This document shows positions 39,288 to 41,052 of a stretch of DNA of 41,052 nucleotides, piece after piece. The translations under genes were made by a program, and so were the position numbers. The DNA lies in IMG/VR virus record IMGVR_UViG_3300027509_000014; one strand, given 5' to 3'. The stretch is from a virus. Under the pieces are notes generated by a model. It was not told the DNA's origin. It searched no databases and saw only the letters and a program-made list of their open reading frames with translations. Position 1 is the first letter of the stretch; each line of letters opens with the position of its first letter.

Positions 39288-39763
39288 TGGCCCCAAGAGT
39301 AAACGTGGCGAGAATAGGCCGCAACAATGTATCGATATCAGATATTAAATTTGTATGGAACGAAGCTGGTTTCAGACAGATGCAGCGCCAAGCATCAATA
39401 GTTGCCTATATGAGAGCTAAGGCTGAAGAAATTGCCAACGAGATGCGACAGCTTACCAACGGTGAATACAGGACAAGTGAAGACTACCGCAATAACAGAT
39501 ATTCTGATAGTTATCCAATCGGAACAAGCAGACAGGGACGCGGCCTTCACGAGTCCATAGAAAGTCGAGGCCCCGTGGCTATTGGCTCTAGAGACTTCCC
39601 CTACTCATTTAATGTTGGTCCTTACAGATACAGAGGAGGCGGTAGTGTTGGCGGACTTGAAAATATTAATTATCAAAGATTTGGAACTGGGAAGCAAAAT
39701 GGCAGAGACTTCATAAGAGACGCTGTCAGAAACGCTATAGGCGGCGAAGTGTTTGAAAGCTGA
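39287..39763 (+). CDS. HK97 gp10-like neck/tail completion protein
   Basis: Basic 158 aa, A..IA..MR, GLHESIE, YQRFGT...RDFIRDA; TAATG coupling. Confidence 0.6.
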   Translation: MAPRVNVARIGRNNVSISDIKFVWNEAGFRQMQRQASIVAYMRAKAEEIANEMRQLTNGEYRTSEDYRNNRYSDSYPIGTSRQGRGLHESIESRGPVAIGSRDFPYSFNVGPYRYRGGGSVGGLENINYQRFGTGKQNGRDFIRDAVRNAIGGEVFES

Positions 39764-39810
39764 GCACTGAACATTTAAAACTTGATTAATTCTGATAAAC
39801 TGGAAACACC

Positions 39811-40803
39811 ATGGCTTCATCATCTAAAACAAATAAACAAACCAAATGGAACGACGATAGTTTCGATGTAACCCAAGCTCCGCCCTTGGCCAAACTCGAT
39901 AACGAACAAATCGATTCAGACGCTTGCGAAAAAGGCTTTATGCCAGAGTTGGCTGATGAAGAGGGATGTTCGGCCGCTAATGTAAAACTGCGCTCGCTTG
40001 GTCAAGGAATACTTAGGCACGGAGACACACTGCGAGCTGACGTACAGCTAGCTGAGCCGCTTACCGCTTCAGATGATGGGTCTAAGATCGAACTAGGTAA
40101 GCTGCCTTGGCCCGTTATGGACGGCGAAGATTTAGATATATCACCTGTGCCAGCATTGGAGAATGATGTCTGTAATGATGCCGGGCACTGGTCAGATAGA
40201 CCAGGACAACACCCCTACTTCAATGTGGGTAGATTGGCCTGGCCCGTTGACTGCAACGGGGAACCCGCAGATGAGGTCGAGTACGATGCGTCTGTTGGGA
40301 CTTATAGAACTCGCAAGGGCCATCCGGTCATACACAAGCCCAAGGCCCCAAGCGATTGCTCTTTCTCTCCTATTTGGAAATTCAATAACTCCGATGACGG
40401 ATCTCTACCTGTCCTAGCAAAGGACCCCTTGGCCGTAGGAATAGTCAACGAGGATTGCTGCTGCACCTTGAACTTAATGTTCAACGCGCATTATACTTAT
40501 AATATAAATAGAATACAGCTTCCAAATGGAGCCTCTGAAGTCAACCTAGCATTTAAGGGGTTTGCCGGAGAGTCCGGTTCTGCACCAAGATGCTGGACAT
40601 TCAATCAATGCGAACTTGGAAACGTTGAAGATAAAACATTTTCAGGACACTCAACAACTAGAATATCTTTACCGCCCAAAAGTGGCACTACTGTAAACTT
40701 CTGGACTGAGATAGGCCTAGGTCCGGGCGAAACCGTTCAGCCCTCTATATATAACATGAACACAAAGATTGAGGTTTGCTGGATAGGCGGGCTTGATTGC
40801 TAA
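39811..40803 (+). CDS. Hypothetical Cys-rich protein, probable minor virion protein
   Basis: 330-aa ORF; C-terminal beta-rich domain with a N..CC motif, loosely similar to that of 24886..25923. Confidence 0.65.
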   Translation: MASSSKTNKQTKWNDDSFDVTQAPPLAKLDNEQIDSDACEKGFMPELADEEGCSAANVKLRSLGQGILRHGDTLRADVQLAEPLTASDDGSKIELGKLPWPVMDGEDLDISPVPALENDVCNDAGHWSDRPGQHPYFNVGRLAWPVDCNGEPADEVEYDASVGTYRTRKGHPVIHKPKAPSDCSFSPIWKFNNSDDGSLPVLAKDPLAVGIVNEDCCCTLNLMFNAHYTYNINRIQLPNGASEVNLAFKGFAGESGSAPRCWTFNQCELGNVEDKTFSGHSTTRISLPPKSGTTVNFWTEIGLGPGETVQPSIYNMNTKIEVCWIGGLDC

Positions 40804-40811
40804 TTAAGTTT

Positions 40812-40859
40812 GATTGAACTCAAGGTTTCATCATTACCAAATCAACCTTGAGTTCAATC
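40812..40859. repeat. Perfect 16-bp inverted repeat with 16-nt loop
   Basis: GATTGAACTCAAGGTT (40812-40827) / AACCTTGAGTTCAATC (40844-40859). Confidence 0.92.
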
Positions 40860-41052
40860 GAAGATATTTAATCGAAGATATTTAATCGAAGATATTTAAT
40901 CGAAGATATTTAATCGAAGATATTTAATCGAAGATATTTAATCGAAGATATTTAATCGAAGATATTTAATCGAAGATATTTAATCGAAGATATTTAATCG
41001 AAGATATTTAATCGAAGATATTTAATCGAAGATATTTAATCGAAGATATTTA
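40856..41052. repeat. Perfect tandem array of the 14-mer AATCGAAGATATTT, 14 copies, running off the window
   Basis: Directly visible; no spacers and no variants. Confidence 0.97.

Noticed and set aside
40856-41052. CRISPR array
   Set aside because: Units are 14 bp, contiguous, with no spacers; no cas operon nearby.

Overview
This window is part of a large tailed dsDNA phage (siphovirus-like) genome. WhiB, the DnaE and RecB-type nuclease flavour, and virion genes resembling those of cluster-B-like actinophages point to an actinobacterial host, possibly Acidimicrobiia (inference). The left arm (minus strand, about 21.4 kb to 1) carries a divergent beta-clamp, a PD-(D/E)XK exonuclease, DnaE with a 301-aa HNH-type intein, DnaB, WhiB, a DUF1360-like membrane protein, portal, a head maturation protease encoded as two genes, a tail assembly chaperone with a -1 slippery site, a double-HNH endonuclease and the start of the tape measure gene. 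The right arm (plus strand) carries a class II ribonucleotide reductase, three collagen-like proteins, two large Cys-rich beta-repeat fibre-like proteins, major tail protein, a much-enlarged head-tail adaptor and neck proteins. It ends in a perfect 16-bp hairpin fused to a perfect 14-bp tandem array running off the edge. No terminase, major capsid, tRNA or CRISPR array was recognised. The most notable observations are: a +1 frame break 14 codons into the tape measure gene; the hidden -1 frameshift product; a degenerate 2H-phosphoesterase domain and a thrice-repeated ALVASG motif in the split protease; the Cys-rich virion module; and the terminal hairpin plus array. All family calls are by-eye motif recognition; no database search was run.
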